A DNA stretch of 64,000 nucleotides from Octopus sinensis (lineage: Eukaryota), in the NCBI RefSeq assembly GCF_006345805.1, contig NC_043005.1, forward strand, positions 53,320,001 to 53,384,000, in the 5' to 3' direction. The translations under genes were made by a program, and so were the position numbers. Below, one piece after another: positions 1 to 12,563 of the stretch (position 1 is its first letter; every line of letters begins with the position of its first letter). Below the pieces are notes generated by a model. It was not told the DNA's origin. It saw only the letters and a program-made list of their open reading frames with translations, and did no database searches.

Positions 1-113
1 TTGTGATGCATGTGCCTGGTGTACCTTTATCAGACGGGTAGTCATGATGGGTATATTGGGCTTCGTATATTTTACCCCAGTGTCACTTTGATGGCATGAA
101 CTGTTCTCTCACT
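1..113. mobile_element. End of a ~530-bp (TAA)n-associated non-coding interspersed repeat (second copy 51961-52495)
   Basis: gatgcatgtgcctggtgtacctttatcagacgggtagtcatgatggg...cagtgtcactttgatggcatg matches 52395-52485; both copies run into (TAA)n. Confidence 0.75.
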
Positions 114-150
114 CAATAATAATAATAATTATAATAATAATAATAATAAT

Positions 151-1797
151 TGTTTATCCTTAATACCTCTCTCAAAGCTGCTCAATGACGCGCAGTATGG
201 GTATAAAATGTTTGATAAAAATATAAATCATCTCGTTTACATGGATGATTTAAAGCTTTTTGCAAAAAATGATCAACAACTCAAGGGCTTACTAGCGATA
301 GTCAAACAATTCAGTGACGACATCAGAAGGCAATTCGGCCTCGATAAATGTGCAAAGGCTACCTTTATCAAAGGAAAAATGACAGAAACATCTAACGTTA
401 ACCTTGACCAACAGAATGTCATAAAAGAACTAGACCCAGCGGAGAGCTACAAGTACCTAGGGGTAATTGAAGGGAACGGAATAAGGCATTCAGAGATGAA
501 GGAAAGGATCAGGAGAGAATGCTATCGAAGAGTGAGAGCAATACTCAAGACAGAGCTGAATGCAAGAAACAGGATCGAAGCAATCAATGCATTAGCTATA
601 CCAGTCGTGACTTACAGTTTCAATATTGTTAACTGGTCAATTACTGAAATATGTCAGCTCGACAGAAAAATAAGGAAACTGTTGACAATGCATAGAATGC
701 ACCACCCTAAGGCAGATACAGAACGACTCTATCTGCCAAGAAAAGAGGGAGGCCGTGGTCTTTTGCAACTGGCAATAACAATGAAGATTGCTACAATTGG
801 CCTAGACACCTACCTGAAAAACTCTGAGGACTGGATGTTAAAACTTGTCTCAAAACATGAAAACAGGAAAGCATCATACTCAGTCACAAAACAGGCAAAG
901 GAATATCTAAGTGAATTCCGAATACAACCAATTTCGGAATTAGAGATAGACATACAAGAAACAAGCACAGAAAAAGCTAGGCGCATGAAAACCCGTGCCA
1001 AAACTGCGGCCTTAGATATTCTGAATAATAAATGGCAAGAAAAACCTCTCTATGGCAAATACCCAAAGAGAGCGAATAATGCAGATATCGACAAAGCCTT
1101 GACCCATCAATGGCTAATGGCCTCTGGCTTAAAATCTGAAACAGAGGGGTTTATCATAGCAGCTCAAGATCAATGCCTACCAACAAGAAACTACCAGGCC
1201 AACATATTAAAGATCAGAAGCAGTCCAACGTGTCGTGTATGCAAGCAACAAAATGAAACCATTGACCATGAGGTCTCCAAGTGCAGTCTTCTAGCGCCTA
1301 CAGAGTATCTCAACAGGCACGATAGAGCTGCACAATATATTCACTGGGTAATCTGTAAAAACCTGGATTTGCCCCATGAAAAAAACTGGTGGGAACACAA
1401 ACCACCCCCAGTGCTTGAAAATGACCACATCTCACTCCTCTGGAACTTCACCATTCAAACTGACAGGAAGATAGATGCAAATAGGCCAGACATCATATTG
1501 AAAGACTTCAAACAAAGAACATGCCTCCTCATTGATATGACTGTCCCAATCGATATAAACGTATCTGTCAGGACCTACCAAAAACTGAGCAAATATAAAG
1601 ATCTTGAAATAGAAATCAGCAAAATGTGGAAGCTGAAGACTAAAACAATACCTGTTGTCATAGGTGCCCTGGGAATGATAGCAAAAGGGGCTGATAGCTA
1701 CCTAACTCAGATACCAGGAAACCCAAAAATGGCAGAAGTTCAAAAGATAGTGCTCATGGGAACTGCTCATATCCTACGCAAAATACTCTCTATGTAA
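151..1797 (+). CDS. RT C-terminal half + CCHC finger + restriction-like endonuclease (5'-truncated ORF)
   Basis: In-frame CLSLIPLSKLLN upstream of the ATG at 208; YMDD; KGGRGL-type motif; CRVC..H..SKC; RPDII..LLIDMTVP..K..KY (PD-D/ExK); C-terminal IVLMGTAHILRKILS. Confidence 0.9.
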   Translation, partial: CLSLIPLSKLLNDAQYGYKMFDKNINHLVYMDDLKLFAKNDQQLKGLLAIVKQFSDDIRRQFGLDKCAKATFIKGKMTETSNVNLDQQNVIKELDPAESYKYLGVIEGNGIRHSEMKERIRRECYRRVRAILKTELNARNRIEAINALAIPVVTYSFNIVNWSITEICQLDRKIRKLLTMHRMHHPKADTERLYLPRKEGGRGLLQLAITMKIATIGLDTYLKNSEDWMLKLVSKHENRKASYSVTKQAKEYLSEFRIQPISELEIDIQETSTEKARRMKTRAKTAALDILNNKWQEKPLYGKYPKRANNADIDKALTHQWLMASGLKSETEGFIIAAQDQCLPTRNYQANILKIRSSPTCRVCKQQNETIDHEVSKCSLLAPTEYLNRHDRAAQYIHWVICKNLDLPHEKNWWEHKPPPVLENDHISLLWNFTIQTDRKIDANRPDIILKDFKQRTCLLIDMTVPIDINVSVRTYQKLSKYKDLEIEISKMWKLKTKTIPVVIGALGMIAKGADSYLTQIPGNPKMAEVQKIVLMGTAHILRKILSM

Positions 1798-2016
1798 CCT
1801 CAAGGTTTAAAACAACCATAATTTTCGGTTTAAAAAAAAAAAAAAAAAACAACTTTTTTTTTTTTTTAGACATTCATTAGTACAACATCCCCACCCCGCA
1901 AATATATGGCACACTAGGCATAACAACAACATGAACTTCCAACCCTGTTGTCTCTTGAGGTCTCTGGGTGAGACTTGGAGCCCACTTGTACAAATATAAA
2001 GCAAAAGTCAAACATA

Positions 2017-2018
<2 letters not shown>
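151..2018 (+). mobile_element. 5'-truncated R4/Dong-clade non-LTR retrotransposon (family A) inserted in (TAA)n
   Basis: Open frame 151-1797, ~220-bp 3' UTR, (TAA)n on both sides (113-150 and 2018-2050); 3' part matches 22392-22824. Confidence 0.9.
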
Positions 2019-2051
<33 letters not shown>

Positions 2052-2057
2052 GATATG

Positions 2058-2090
<33 letters not shown>

Positions 2091-2389
2091 CAAATACTGT
2101 TTTGTTATGGCCAGATTGACGGTGATCATATGTCTGGTTGGTCCGAACCTACTTGACGTTGAATAACGGCACAGTAGTTCAGACCGCTAGATATAAGAAT
2201 CAAATTTGCCTCATATTACATGCTCAATACATTTCAATATTATTATATCTGGATAAAAGATGGGCTGGTCGTGGCTGGATAGTCAGTGGTGTAAAGATTG
2301 AATTAAGGAAAAACAAAAACGAACAAGAACAATGAGCATCATAATAGGCCACCAGTATTGCTATCTTCACCATCACCAATACATGACAA

Positions 2390-3990
2390 CCACCATAACA
2401 CTACCACCGTCACCGCCACCGCCACATCCACTGCTACTATCACCATCCAGCACGATGACCATCACCATCATAACGACTCCGACCACCACCACCACCACCA
2501 CCACCACCACAACCACCACAACCACTGCAGTCAATACAACCACTACCAGCACAAGCACCACTGCAATTACAACAATCACAACAACCACCGTCACCACCAC
2601 CAATACCACAACCACAGCCATCACGACGACGACGACGACGACCACCACCACCACCACCACCACAACCACTGCAGTCAATACAACCACTACCAGCACAAGC
2701 ACCACTGCAATTACAACAATCACAACAACCACCGTCACCACCACCAATACCACAACCACAGCCATCACGACGACGACGACGACGACCACCACCACCACCA
2801 CCATAACCACTGCAGCCAATACAACTACAACCAGTACCACTGCCACCACAACTACAACAATCACAACAACCACCGTCACCACCACCACCACCACCACCAC
2901 CATCATGACCACTATTATCACCACTACTACCACCACCACCAACAGCAACAACACAAACACCATCACTACCACCGCCGCCACCACCACCACCACCTCTACC
3001 ACCACTACTACTACTACTACTACTAGCAACAACAACACTACTACCACCACCACCACCACCACCACCACCACCACCACCACCACCACCACCATCCCCATTA
3101 AGTTCATTTCCCCTGTCAGTACATCATTATCATCTACTACTAAGTTGCCTCTACTACTTTTATCATCATCACCACAATCAACACCAAAAACACTCAACAC
3201 AACAACAACAATAACAACAACAACAACTACTACTACTACTACTACTACTACTACATTATCATAGGCATAATATTCTCTATTATTAATACCACGCTCGTCA
3301 ATAACATCACAACAATTGCTGTCGTAGATTTCACTACTGTTATTACCACAACCACGGCAAATACCATTATCGCCACCATCAGAGGAACCGTACCTTACCA
3401 TACCAATACCAACACCAAGAACTCACCACCATCAGTACTACAACGAATATCAGCCACACCGAGACTAGCGCCACTAACCACCACTGCCAACTCCACAATC
3501 TTCATTAATGCCATCGACACTACCAAGCCGCCTTAACCACCACCACCGCCGCCGCCGCCGCCGCCACCACAACCGCCACCACCACCACCACCATCACCTC
3601 CACCACCATCGTCATCACCACCAATACCACCACCGCTGCTACCGTCGCCGCCGCTGCCGCCGATGCCGCTGCCGCCGCTGCCGCCGATGCCGCCGCCACC
3701 GCCGCCACCACCACCACCACCATCACCGCCGCCGCCGCTGCTGACGCCGCCGCCGTTCCGCTGCCGCCACCGCCGACGCCATCGCAGCCGCCAATACCAC
3801 CACTACCACCACCGCTGCTATCGCCGCCGCCGTTCCGCTGCCGTGACCACAGCCGCCGCCTCCACCACCACCACCACCGCCACCACCACCACTTCCACCA
3901 CCACCTCCACCACCACCACCTCCACCACCGCCGCGCTGCTGCCGCCACCGTCACCACCACAATTGCCACCAGTGTCACCAATTCTAGCTC
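2390..3990. repeat. Compound (ACC/CAC/GCC)n triplet low-complexity tract with ~141-144-bp internal duplications
   Basis: Unit accactgcagtcaatacaaccactaccagc recurs at 2521, 2665 and (diverged) 2806. Confidence 0.9.
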
Positions 3991-4371
3991 CCCCCCAGCT
4001 CTGATGCTTCTGTGAATGAATGTGCCGCCGTCGTCGTCACCACCGCCAACGTCATTTAATAGACCCCCCCCCGACCACTGCTCATATTAAGTTAAGACAG
4101 GCAGCCAGATAGCCAAGCAGGCAGTCCGACAGGCAGACAGACAGCAGTTTATAAAGGAGGGGTGGCAAGCTGGAGTGAAGGAGAGGAGGAAGGGGGTAGG
4201 CTAATAGATAATGGAGTGAAGCATGAGTTAGCCAAGTTGATGCTGTTGTGGTTGTTTTTGTTGTTGTTGCTGTTTAGCCGCTAGGTTAACCATGTAACTA
4301 TAACAGGAAAATACCTTTTAGGGAAAGACATTCCAAACGTGCCCGTATAATCTATTTCTATATCATTTTTG

Positions 4372-5113
4372 GATGACGATGACGATGGTGTTGATGATGA
4401 TGATGATGGTGCTGATGATGATGATGATGATGGTGGTGATGATGATGATGATGATGGTGGTGATGGTGGTGATGATGATGATGATGGTGCTGATGATGAT
4501 GATGATGATGGTGGTGATGATGATGATGATGATGATGGTGATGGTGGTGATGATGATGATGATGATGTTGATGATGGTGATGATGATGGCGGTGATGATG
4601 ATGATGTTGATGATGTTGATGATGTTGATGATGATGATGGTGATGATGATGATGGTGGTGGTGGTGGTGGTGGTGTTGGTGGTCGTGGTGGTCGTGGTGG
4701 TGATGATGACGGTGATGATGATGATGATGGTGATGCAGTGGTGACGATGGAGTTGGTGATGATGGTTGATGGTGGTGGTGGTGGCAATGACATAGGCAAT
4801 GAAGGTGTTGTCGCCACCGCCGCCGCCACCGCTGCCGCCACCACCGCCACCGTACCGCCGCAGTCGTCGTCGTCACCATCGGTGTTGTTGGTGATCTTGA
4901 TGATGATGAGACGGATGCGGAATGGAGAGGAAGGGGAGCTGGAGGTGGTGGTGGTGGTGGTGGAGGAGAAAGGAAAGGGACAGGACATGGACGAGGGAGA
5001 CGACGGTGACGACACGGCAATGGCTATTTCTGCATGTGCTATTGCTGCCGTAGCTGCTGCTGCTGTTGATGGTGCTGCTGTTGATGGTGCTGCTGTTGAT
5101 GGTGCTACTGCTG

Positions 5114-5147
<34 letters not shown>

Positions 5148-5160
5148 CGACGACGACGAT
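4372..5160. repeat. Compound (GAT/GGT)n, (GCC)n, (GCT)n, (AAC)n triplet tract
   Basis: Direct reading; all frames are open because the triplets lack stops. Confidence 0.9.
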
Positions 5161-6067
5161 CGCAGTGATAGTTTACAACGTTCTTCTTTCGCATGATGCC
5201 AGCCACTTCAAGCTCACCAATGAATGACTCATCACACTCCACCTCAAATATTGGTTAATAGCTCTTTCCCCCTGTCTCATATTCTTCCGTTTTTTGATCA
5301 TTAATTCTTTTGGACTAAACTGCTGGAAAGGAATGAAACAAAGCAAATAAGCAGCGAAAATCGTCACATCACACACACACACGTCTTGTCTAAATGTGTC
5401 TTTATGACCAAACATCACACCAATCTTACAGCCAGCCAGCCAGCCAACCAACCAGCGCCCTCTTTCCCTCCTCTCCAATACAAGCCTGCCCTCCTTTCAT
5501 TGACGTCTTTATTCAGATACTACTAATGTTTTAATGGTGACAGATATTTGCAACTATATTATCAAACTTCAAAGGAAATTTTCCAAACATACCAAATAAC
5601 TCCCACAGCTGGAGATCTGCATTAAAAAAAAGGTCAAGAACAACATTTGTACTCACTGACTGCTTGCTTCTGCATATGAATTTGCCATTCATTCATTCAT
5701 TCATTCATGCGCCTTATAGATGAGTATGCATAGCTACATGTCCACACACACACACACTCATATGTGCGTGTGTATGTGAATATATATGTGCGCATGTATT
5801 TCAACAGCATGTGTAAATTTATCAGTCTATCCATCTATGCGTCAGCCTATTTACCAATATGTATTTCTCTTTCCCCACGCTATCCTCTCTCCCTCTCTAT
5901 CTTCCTCCCCCTCTCTCTCTCTCCCTCTCTATCTATCTCTTTTTCCATCTTTCTCCCACTTCTTCCTATGTTCACACTTGTATACATATCTAATACATGC
6001 ACTGATATACGTGAAACTATAGACTGCCTCCCCCATATATATATATATGGTGTGTATATATATATAA

Positions 6068-6124
<57 letters not shown>

Positions 6125-6295
6125 ATTATTGGGGCAATGTGATAAGCAACACACCGTCTAAATACCAGTCTTGTGAAATTAGGGTTCGCGAAACCAGGAA
6201 GGAGAAAGTTGATTCGAAGACTACAGATCCAAGTCATCAGTGGAACTGTATAAATCTGTAAAACTTACCAGAAGATTCTCATTCAAATATACATT
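6125..6295 (+). mobile_element. RLE non-LTR fragment, family B (ORF C-terminus)
   Basis: IIGAM**ATHRLNTSLVKLGFAKPGRRKLIRRLQIQVISGTV*ICKTYQKI matches 7275-7520(-) and 49190-49350. Confidence 0.7.
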
Positions 6296-6316
6296 CACAC
6301 AAACACAGATACACAG

Positions 6317-6353
<37 letters not shown>

Positions 6354-6432
6354 ATATATATAAAACATACACACAAACACAGATACACAGATATATATAA
6401 TATATATATATATATAATATATATATATATAT

Positions 6433-6493
<61 letters not shown>

Positions 6494-6566
6494 GTAGGTC
6501 CCGGGTTGATCCGGGGTTAACCACAGTAAGTAAGGTACTCAATACATAGCAGAGTAAAATTAATTT

Positions 6567-6686
6567 ATTATATAGAAGGAGCTTCTACAGGACTAGTACT
6601 GTTTCATTCAAGAGAATCTTCAGGAGCTTCCTGAAGATTTCTCTTGAATGAAACAGTACTAGTCCTGTAGAAGCTCCTTCTATATA

Positions 6687-6689
<3 letters not shown>
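6567..6689. repeat. 123-bp near-perfect palindrome (60-bp arms, 1 mismatch, 3-nt loop) with a hammerhead-like core on each strand
   Basis: Arms 6567-6626 and 6630-6689; minus strand reads CTGAAGA-attc-tctt-gaat-GAAA-cagtacta-GTC. Confidence 0.85.
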
Positions 6690-6719
<30 letters not shown>

Positions 6720-6741
6720 GTGTGTGGTGTGTGTGTGTGTG

Positions 6742-6772
<31 letters not shown>

Positions 6773-7004
6773 ACACATACATGAATGTACGTATGTTTTC
6801 TTTCTCTTTTTAATTTTAGAGCAAATTTTGACCGGTCACCTACTTGATAGCAGGCTGTTAATGAAAGCATCTTGGCTGAAGAATCTTCCTTTAAACCTTA
6901 ACAAGGTCATGCAAATTTCGCGATCATTTGTAGCATATGAATTAACGATTTGCTTCCTCTTCCCAAGACCCCATGCTTAAGCAATACTGTGCTCCAGACG
7001 GAGA

Positions 7005-7156
7005 TGTATGTCATTATTCAAGTTTTATTTCAAGTTTTCTTACCAATAGAGAAAGAGCAGGTTTTTAAATTTGATCCTAGGCTCTTTCATTGGAATTTCA
7101 ACAAGTACATGATATTTTTGTATGTATGTATGTATGTATGTATGTATGTATGTATG

Positions 7157-7187
<31 letters not shown>

Positions 7188-7740
7188 GTATGGATGGATA
7201 TATATATATGCATGTATGTATGTGTGCAGAGTTGTATGTTTTCTTTTATGTATGTATTCTCATGCATATAGGTGCATGTCTAGACATGCACATATATACT
7301 TAAATGATAGTCTGGAAAGTTTTACAGATTTTTACAGTTCCAGTGATGATTTGGATCTGTAGTCTTCGAATCAACTTTCTCCATCCTGATTTTGAGAATC
7401 CTTATTTCTCAAGACTGGTATTTAGATAGTGCGTTACATATCCCAGTGCCTCAATAATTACAGGTATAAACCTGAACTTATAATCTGAATAGAATAACTG
7501 CAGATTTCTCAATAGTTCAGTGTAAATATTTTTCTTCTTCGCTAATCTTCAGTTTTATGTTAGCATCCGCTGGGCAGCTGATTTCCATAACTGTACACAG
7601 TTTCTTTTCTCTATCCCCAATCGCTATGTCATGTGTATCAAGTTTACATTTTCGTGAAGTTTTCACTGGGATATTCCACCAGTACTCCTTTTTATTATGA
7701 GTGGTTATGCCTTCTATCATACTGTGGTTTGTAATTTCTT
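7005..7740 (-). mobile_element. 5'-truncated RLE non-LTR element, family B, abutting (CATA)n
   Basis: Decayed ORF KEYWWNIPVKTS..HDIAIGDREKKLCTVMEISCPADANIK...FIPVIIE/GALGY...LQIQIITGTVKICKTFQTII*; 3' UTR contains a (CATA)n tract and ends ataaaacttgaataatgacatacat. Confidence 0.8.
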
Positions 7741-7849
7741 ATGCATGTGTGTATGTATGTATGTATGTATGTATGTATGTATGTATGTATGTATGTATGT
7801 ATGTATGTATGTATGTATGTATGTGTGCATGCATGTATGTATGTGAAGT

Positions 7850-8176
7850 AAAGGCGCGTGGCTTTGTGATTAGAGCATTCGGCTCATGATCGTAAGGTCG
7901 TGAGTTTAATTCCTGACGAGGCGTTGTGTCCTTCAGCAAGACCCTTTATTTCACGTTGCTGTAGTCCATTCCGCTGGCAAAAAATGAGTAGTACCTGTAT
8001 TTCAAAGGGCCAATCTTTGCACACTCTATGTAACGCTGAACCTCCTCGAGAACTACGTTAAAGGTACGCGTGCCTGTGGAGTGCTCAGCCACACGCACGT
8101 TAATTTCACGAGCTGGGTGTTCCTTTGATCGCATCGATCAACTGAAACCCACGTCGTCGTAACCAACGGAATGCCA
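7850..8176 (+). mobile_element. tRNA-derived SINE, type D head/body with tail 1 (gtaaccgacggagtgc-like)
   Basis: A/B-box-like head; ttgtgtccttcagcaagac body; tail shared with 19461-19847. Confidence 0.8.
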
Positions 8177-8580
8177 TTATCATGTATGTATGTAGAGTCT
8201 TAACTCTGAATTTAAACTGCAAACAATAGTAGCGCCTTACTACATGAGTTACAGGTTTTTCAGGAGTTAGGAAGTACCTCTTAGCCACTATTTGTTCCCA
8301 TGTCTACTCTGATCCGGACTAATAGCACCTGTCAGGCTCTAAGAAATGGGTTAACAACATACTGACAATTGGGAGCGAATGACCTCTAGTTGTCGTTCGC
8401 ACTTCCTTGTAGGAGAAGGTAAACACGTATACATAGAATGAAAAAATAAAAAGACGGAAGTCGTCTCAACCTCTGTTGTGCCACTGGTTTTATAGATGAT
8501 TGCCTTGACAAGGGGCTTCAGTGTTGAGCAACCCTTTGCCTACACGAAAAAAATTGAGGCACAGGAACTTGTCTTCCACC

Positions 8581-8668
<88 letters not shown>

Positions 8669-8713
8669 GCATGTCTGTCTGTGTTGTGTATGTGCGTTTA
8701 AGTGTGTGTTTGT

Positions 8714-9047
8714 GAAGTCACATGGCTCAGTGGTTAGAGCTTCGGGCTCACAATCAAGAAGTTGTGGGTTCGATTCCTGGACGGGGCTGAGTGTTGTGTT
8801 CTTGAGCATGACACTTTATTTCAGGTTGTTCCAGTTCACTCAGCTATAGAAATGAGTTGCGACATCACTGGTGCCACGCTGTATCGGCCTTTATCTTTTC
8901 CTTGCATAACATCAGTGGCGTGGAGAGGGGGAGGCTAGTATGCATGGGCAACTGTTGGTCATCCATAAAATAACTTTGCCTGGACTTGTGCCTCGTAGGG
9001 AACCTAGGTGCGATCCCATGTTCATTTTATGACCGAAAAGGTTCTTT
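8714..9047 (+). mobile_element. tRNA-derived SINE, type D head/body with tail 2
   Basis: A box TGGCTCAGTGG, B box GGTTCGATTCC; body as 7850; unrelated tail ending catgttcattttatgaccgaaaaggttcttt. Confidence 0.8.
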
Positions 9048-9173
9048 AGTTTATATATATATATATATAATATATATATATATATATTATATATATAATA
9101 TATATATATAATATATATATATATAATATATATATATATAATACACGCACACACACACACAAACACACATATC

Positions 9174-9575
9174 AGGAAAATAAGAAAATGGCGATAAAAT
9201 TGATAATTGATAAACATCAATTATTATTTATTGATTATAAAAAGAATTCTATTACTAAATTTTTAAGTCGGTTAAAAGGTGTCCAGAGAGATAGCATGTA
9301 ACATCAATTGCTATATCCTTACTGTCTCTCTTTTTCTTTCTCTTTCTTTTCTTTCTCCTTACTTTTCCGCTCTGATGAAGTCCCACCGTTTAAGTTGCTA
9401 TGATTAATTATTTACAATGTTAATACTTATTATTATTGTAATAATTAAACCTGATAATACCATGAATAGCGCCAACAGAAAGAACTGTCAGATGAGATAG
9501 TGCCTTTTTTATTATCAATAAACGATAATTGATGTTTATCAATTATCAATTTTATCTCCATTTTCTTATTTTCCT
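9174..9575. repeat. Fold-back repeat with ~72-bp inverted arms and an internal CTGATGA core (Penelope pseudo-LTR-like)
   Basis: aggaaaataagaaaatggcgataaaattgataattgataaacatc (9174) is the reverse complement of 9530-9575; CTGATGA at 9372. Confidence 0.65.
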
Positions 9576-9728
9576 TAAATATAGATACACTTCGTTTTAT
9601 TCTTTTCCTTACCTATCATTTACGAACATTAATACTAATACTCATAATCACATATTGGTAAGACACCAGTTAATTCATTGTATGCAAGTATCACTTAGAC
9701 GGTTATTCTAACCTCTAATTTAACTCAC

Positions 9729-9769
<41 letters not shown>

Positions 9770-9770
<1 letters not shown>

Positions 9771-10679
9771 TACATATGTCAGAAATTTTGTCTGTGGGTG
9801 TGTTCGTAGAGTTGTTAGTTAACTTCTCCAACACCGTTTTATCGATTTTGATAAAACTTGACACGTGAGTAGGAAACCTCATGACTGGAAACCTCTTGGC
9901 ACACTCAGATTATTGAAACAATCGATAATAAGGCCCCTAGAAGGGATCCTCATATATATATATATATATATAATATATATATATATCTATAATATTTTTA
10001 TTTTAAAACCCAAGGGAAATAACCCATTCACCCCTACAAGGGATCCTTATATATAGTCCACGTAAATAACGCATTCATATTCCTAAATTATTTGGTAAAA
10101 ATGAAATTGAATATGCTTATTTCTTAGTATTTGAACTGCTAGAGTTATTTTCGCAATTTATCCAGTACAACCCTTAAACAAGTAAACAGTATTTTCATAA
10201 ACAATAGATCCACTTATTTCGGTTCGTGACTTACGAATATACGAACACTAGCGCTCCTGAGGGTAATATTCTCTGGGAACGCACAAAACCCCTTTTCAAA
10301 GTTATTTACTTTGAATTATTATCTCATATCTAATTAGCCTGATTTTACGTCATATGCTGTACGATTTTAGTATACATACCTCATTAGTATTTCCTATATA
10401 CCTTATTAGTATGTTCTATATACTCTGGGTATGCATTAAAGCCCTTTTCAGGCTAATTTATTACATAACTGACTTCACAATTTGGGAACTCATAACGTCT
10501 TGGGAATTCTTGAAAACAAGATACTGTGTAAGACAGTTTGGTATTCTCTGTAAATGAACAAAATCCATTTTAAGAGCTACAAAGTTTGTATTGTTGTTAC
10601 TGGGTTAGCGAAACAATTATGAAAACAGGACCAAGAGATAAGCCCCGCTTCCCCGGGAATTACCGGCTACGTGAGCTAG
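9770..10679 (+). mobile_element. Non-autonomous Helitron-like element
   Basis: 3' hairpin ccgg-gaatta-ccgg about 10 nt before terminal CTAG (10676-10679), followed by T; 5' end lies in (TA)n with gtcagaaattttgtctgt. Confidence 0.65.
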
Positions 10680-10697
10680 TATATATACATATATGTA

Positions 10698-10904
10698 CAA
10701 GGTAGGACAAAAGTCACGCACCAAAACATTCGGCGTTTTGTTTATATGACACAAGTATTGTTCCTATTCATGTCGTTCAATATGTAAATGTACCTGTGTA
10801 CTCATAAATATTTTATTCATTTAATTCAGTTTTAGAAAAATCGAGGTATGGCTGACAATTTCAGAGCGTATTGAACTGATTTTTTTCCGAGACTTTTAGC
10901 TCAC

Positions 10905-10908
<4 letters not shown>
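10698..10908. mobile_element. Tc1/mariner-type MITE
   Basis: TA-caaggtaggacaaaagtc ... gacttttagctcaccctg-TG: imperfect 18-bp TIRs. Confidence 0.55.
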
Positions 10909-10959
<51 letters not shown>

Positions 10960-10961
<2 letters not shown>

Positions 10962-11125
10962 AATCTTGGTGAAGTGTCTTGTTTAATAAGGAGTTTGTTT
11001 CCCATGTTCATGGGTCAGGTTTTAGTCCCACTGCATTATACCTTAAGTATGTGTCTTCTAATATGCCCACGGGCTGGTCGAAACTTTGTGAGTAGATTTG
11101 ATAGATTGTTAGACGGAAACGGCTT
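10960..11125 (+). mobile_element. Diverged type A SINE 5' half
   Basis: Degenerate match to the head at 11131 (agtcccactgc, gtgtcttcta, ttgtgagtagatttg, agacggaaac). Confidence 0.55.
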
Positions 11126-11130
11126 AACAA

Positions 11131-11323
11131 GCGCAGGCGTGGCTGTGTGGCAAGAAGCTTGCTTCTTAACCACATGGTTCTGGGTTCAGTCCCACTTCGT
11201 GTCACCTTGGGCAAGTGTCTTCAACTATAGCTTCGGGCCGACCAAAAGCCTTGTAACTTGATTTGGCAGAAGAAAACTGAAAAGTGGCCCGTCGAATATA
11301 TATATATATATATATATACATAT

Positions 11324-11392
<69 letters not shown>

Positions 11393-11406
11393 ATAATAAT
11401 AATAAC

Positions 11407-11458
<52 letters not shown>

Positions 11459-12517
11459 GCGAAAGCGAATGTCAGTGTGTTACATTTTTCAATTTTACTC
11501 CTCCGACCCCCTCTCTCACTATTCGATCATACTTCTACTATTCCTCTCTCCCAATTCAATGACACTTCTAACTGTTTCAAGTAATTTAACCATAACACTA
11601 CTCACTCAAAAGTCTTTTCCTTAATCTTAACATTTTGAAAAAAATATTTCTTTAAATATAATAACTATTTCCAAAAGTAATTTCTAAAATAAACATTTTG
11701 ATGAGATTTTTCTCTAAATATTATAACTGTATCATGTAATTTAATTATGACACGTGCTTCATAACCTTTGGAACTGATATACATATTTAACTCGCTCTCT
11801 CATACAACATTACCTTATTACCTCTCATGCCTCTCTACCAGAAAAATGTTGGAAACTTAGTATTCTTTCAGATATAAATATAATTTGGCGGAACTATTTT
11901 CATGCAGTCAGCTGTCGGAGCTATGGAAACTTAGCGCATTCCCACTGCATGAAAATAGATTCCACTAATTTTATCATTACCTTAAAAAATACTAAAAAAT
12001 ACTAAATTTCAAACATTTTTCACGGTCAAATCGGTTTAAAGCAATTCCAAGGCATAAAAATTGCACTTTAAGATAGTGTTTAGCGACAGTTGTAAAATTT
12101 GCCTTCAGATTACGAACAAGAGTTAAGATACGTACCAGCTACTACAAATAATAGTTTGTACGAAAAGTAAGGCCCTACGTATATCAAATTGTCTTTAAAT
12201 TAAGTAGTGGCAGAAGAATTATCGTTGAACTTTTTAAAGGTAAGTTTGTCGTTGCCTACGACCAGCTATATGCTGGTTGTTCAAGTGTAGAGAATGGAAA
12301 CAAGCTATTTGTACTGAGCCTGAATGGGAAGACAAACAATGTTGTTTATTATGCAGCTTTACAAGTTCCAAGTCGACAAATTATATCATTGTTTTGATGA
12401 AACTTGTTCATTGTTTGAAAAATATTGTTCAAGTTTTAAAAAATTAAATATGTACTCAATGCATGAAGTATCATTGTTGGGCCCAGAGGAGATAGCTATC
12501 GGGCGGTTTTAAGCTAG

Positions 12518-12563
<46 letters not shown>

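Noticed and set aside
2332-5196. Long Thr/His/Val/Pro/Asp/Ser-rich ORFs on both strands
   Set aside because: Stop-free triplet repeats open in nearly every frame; no splice or domain evidence
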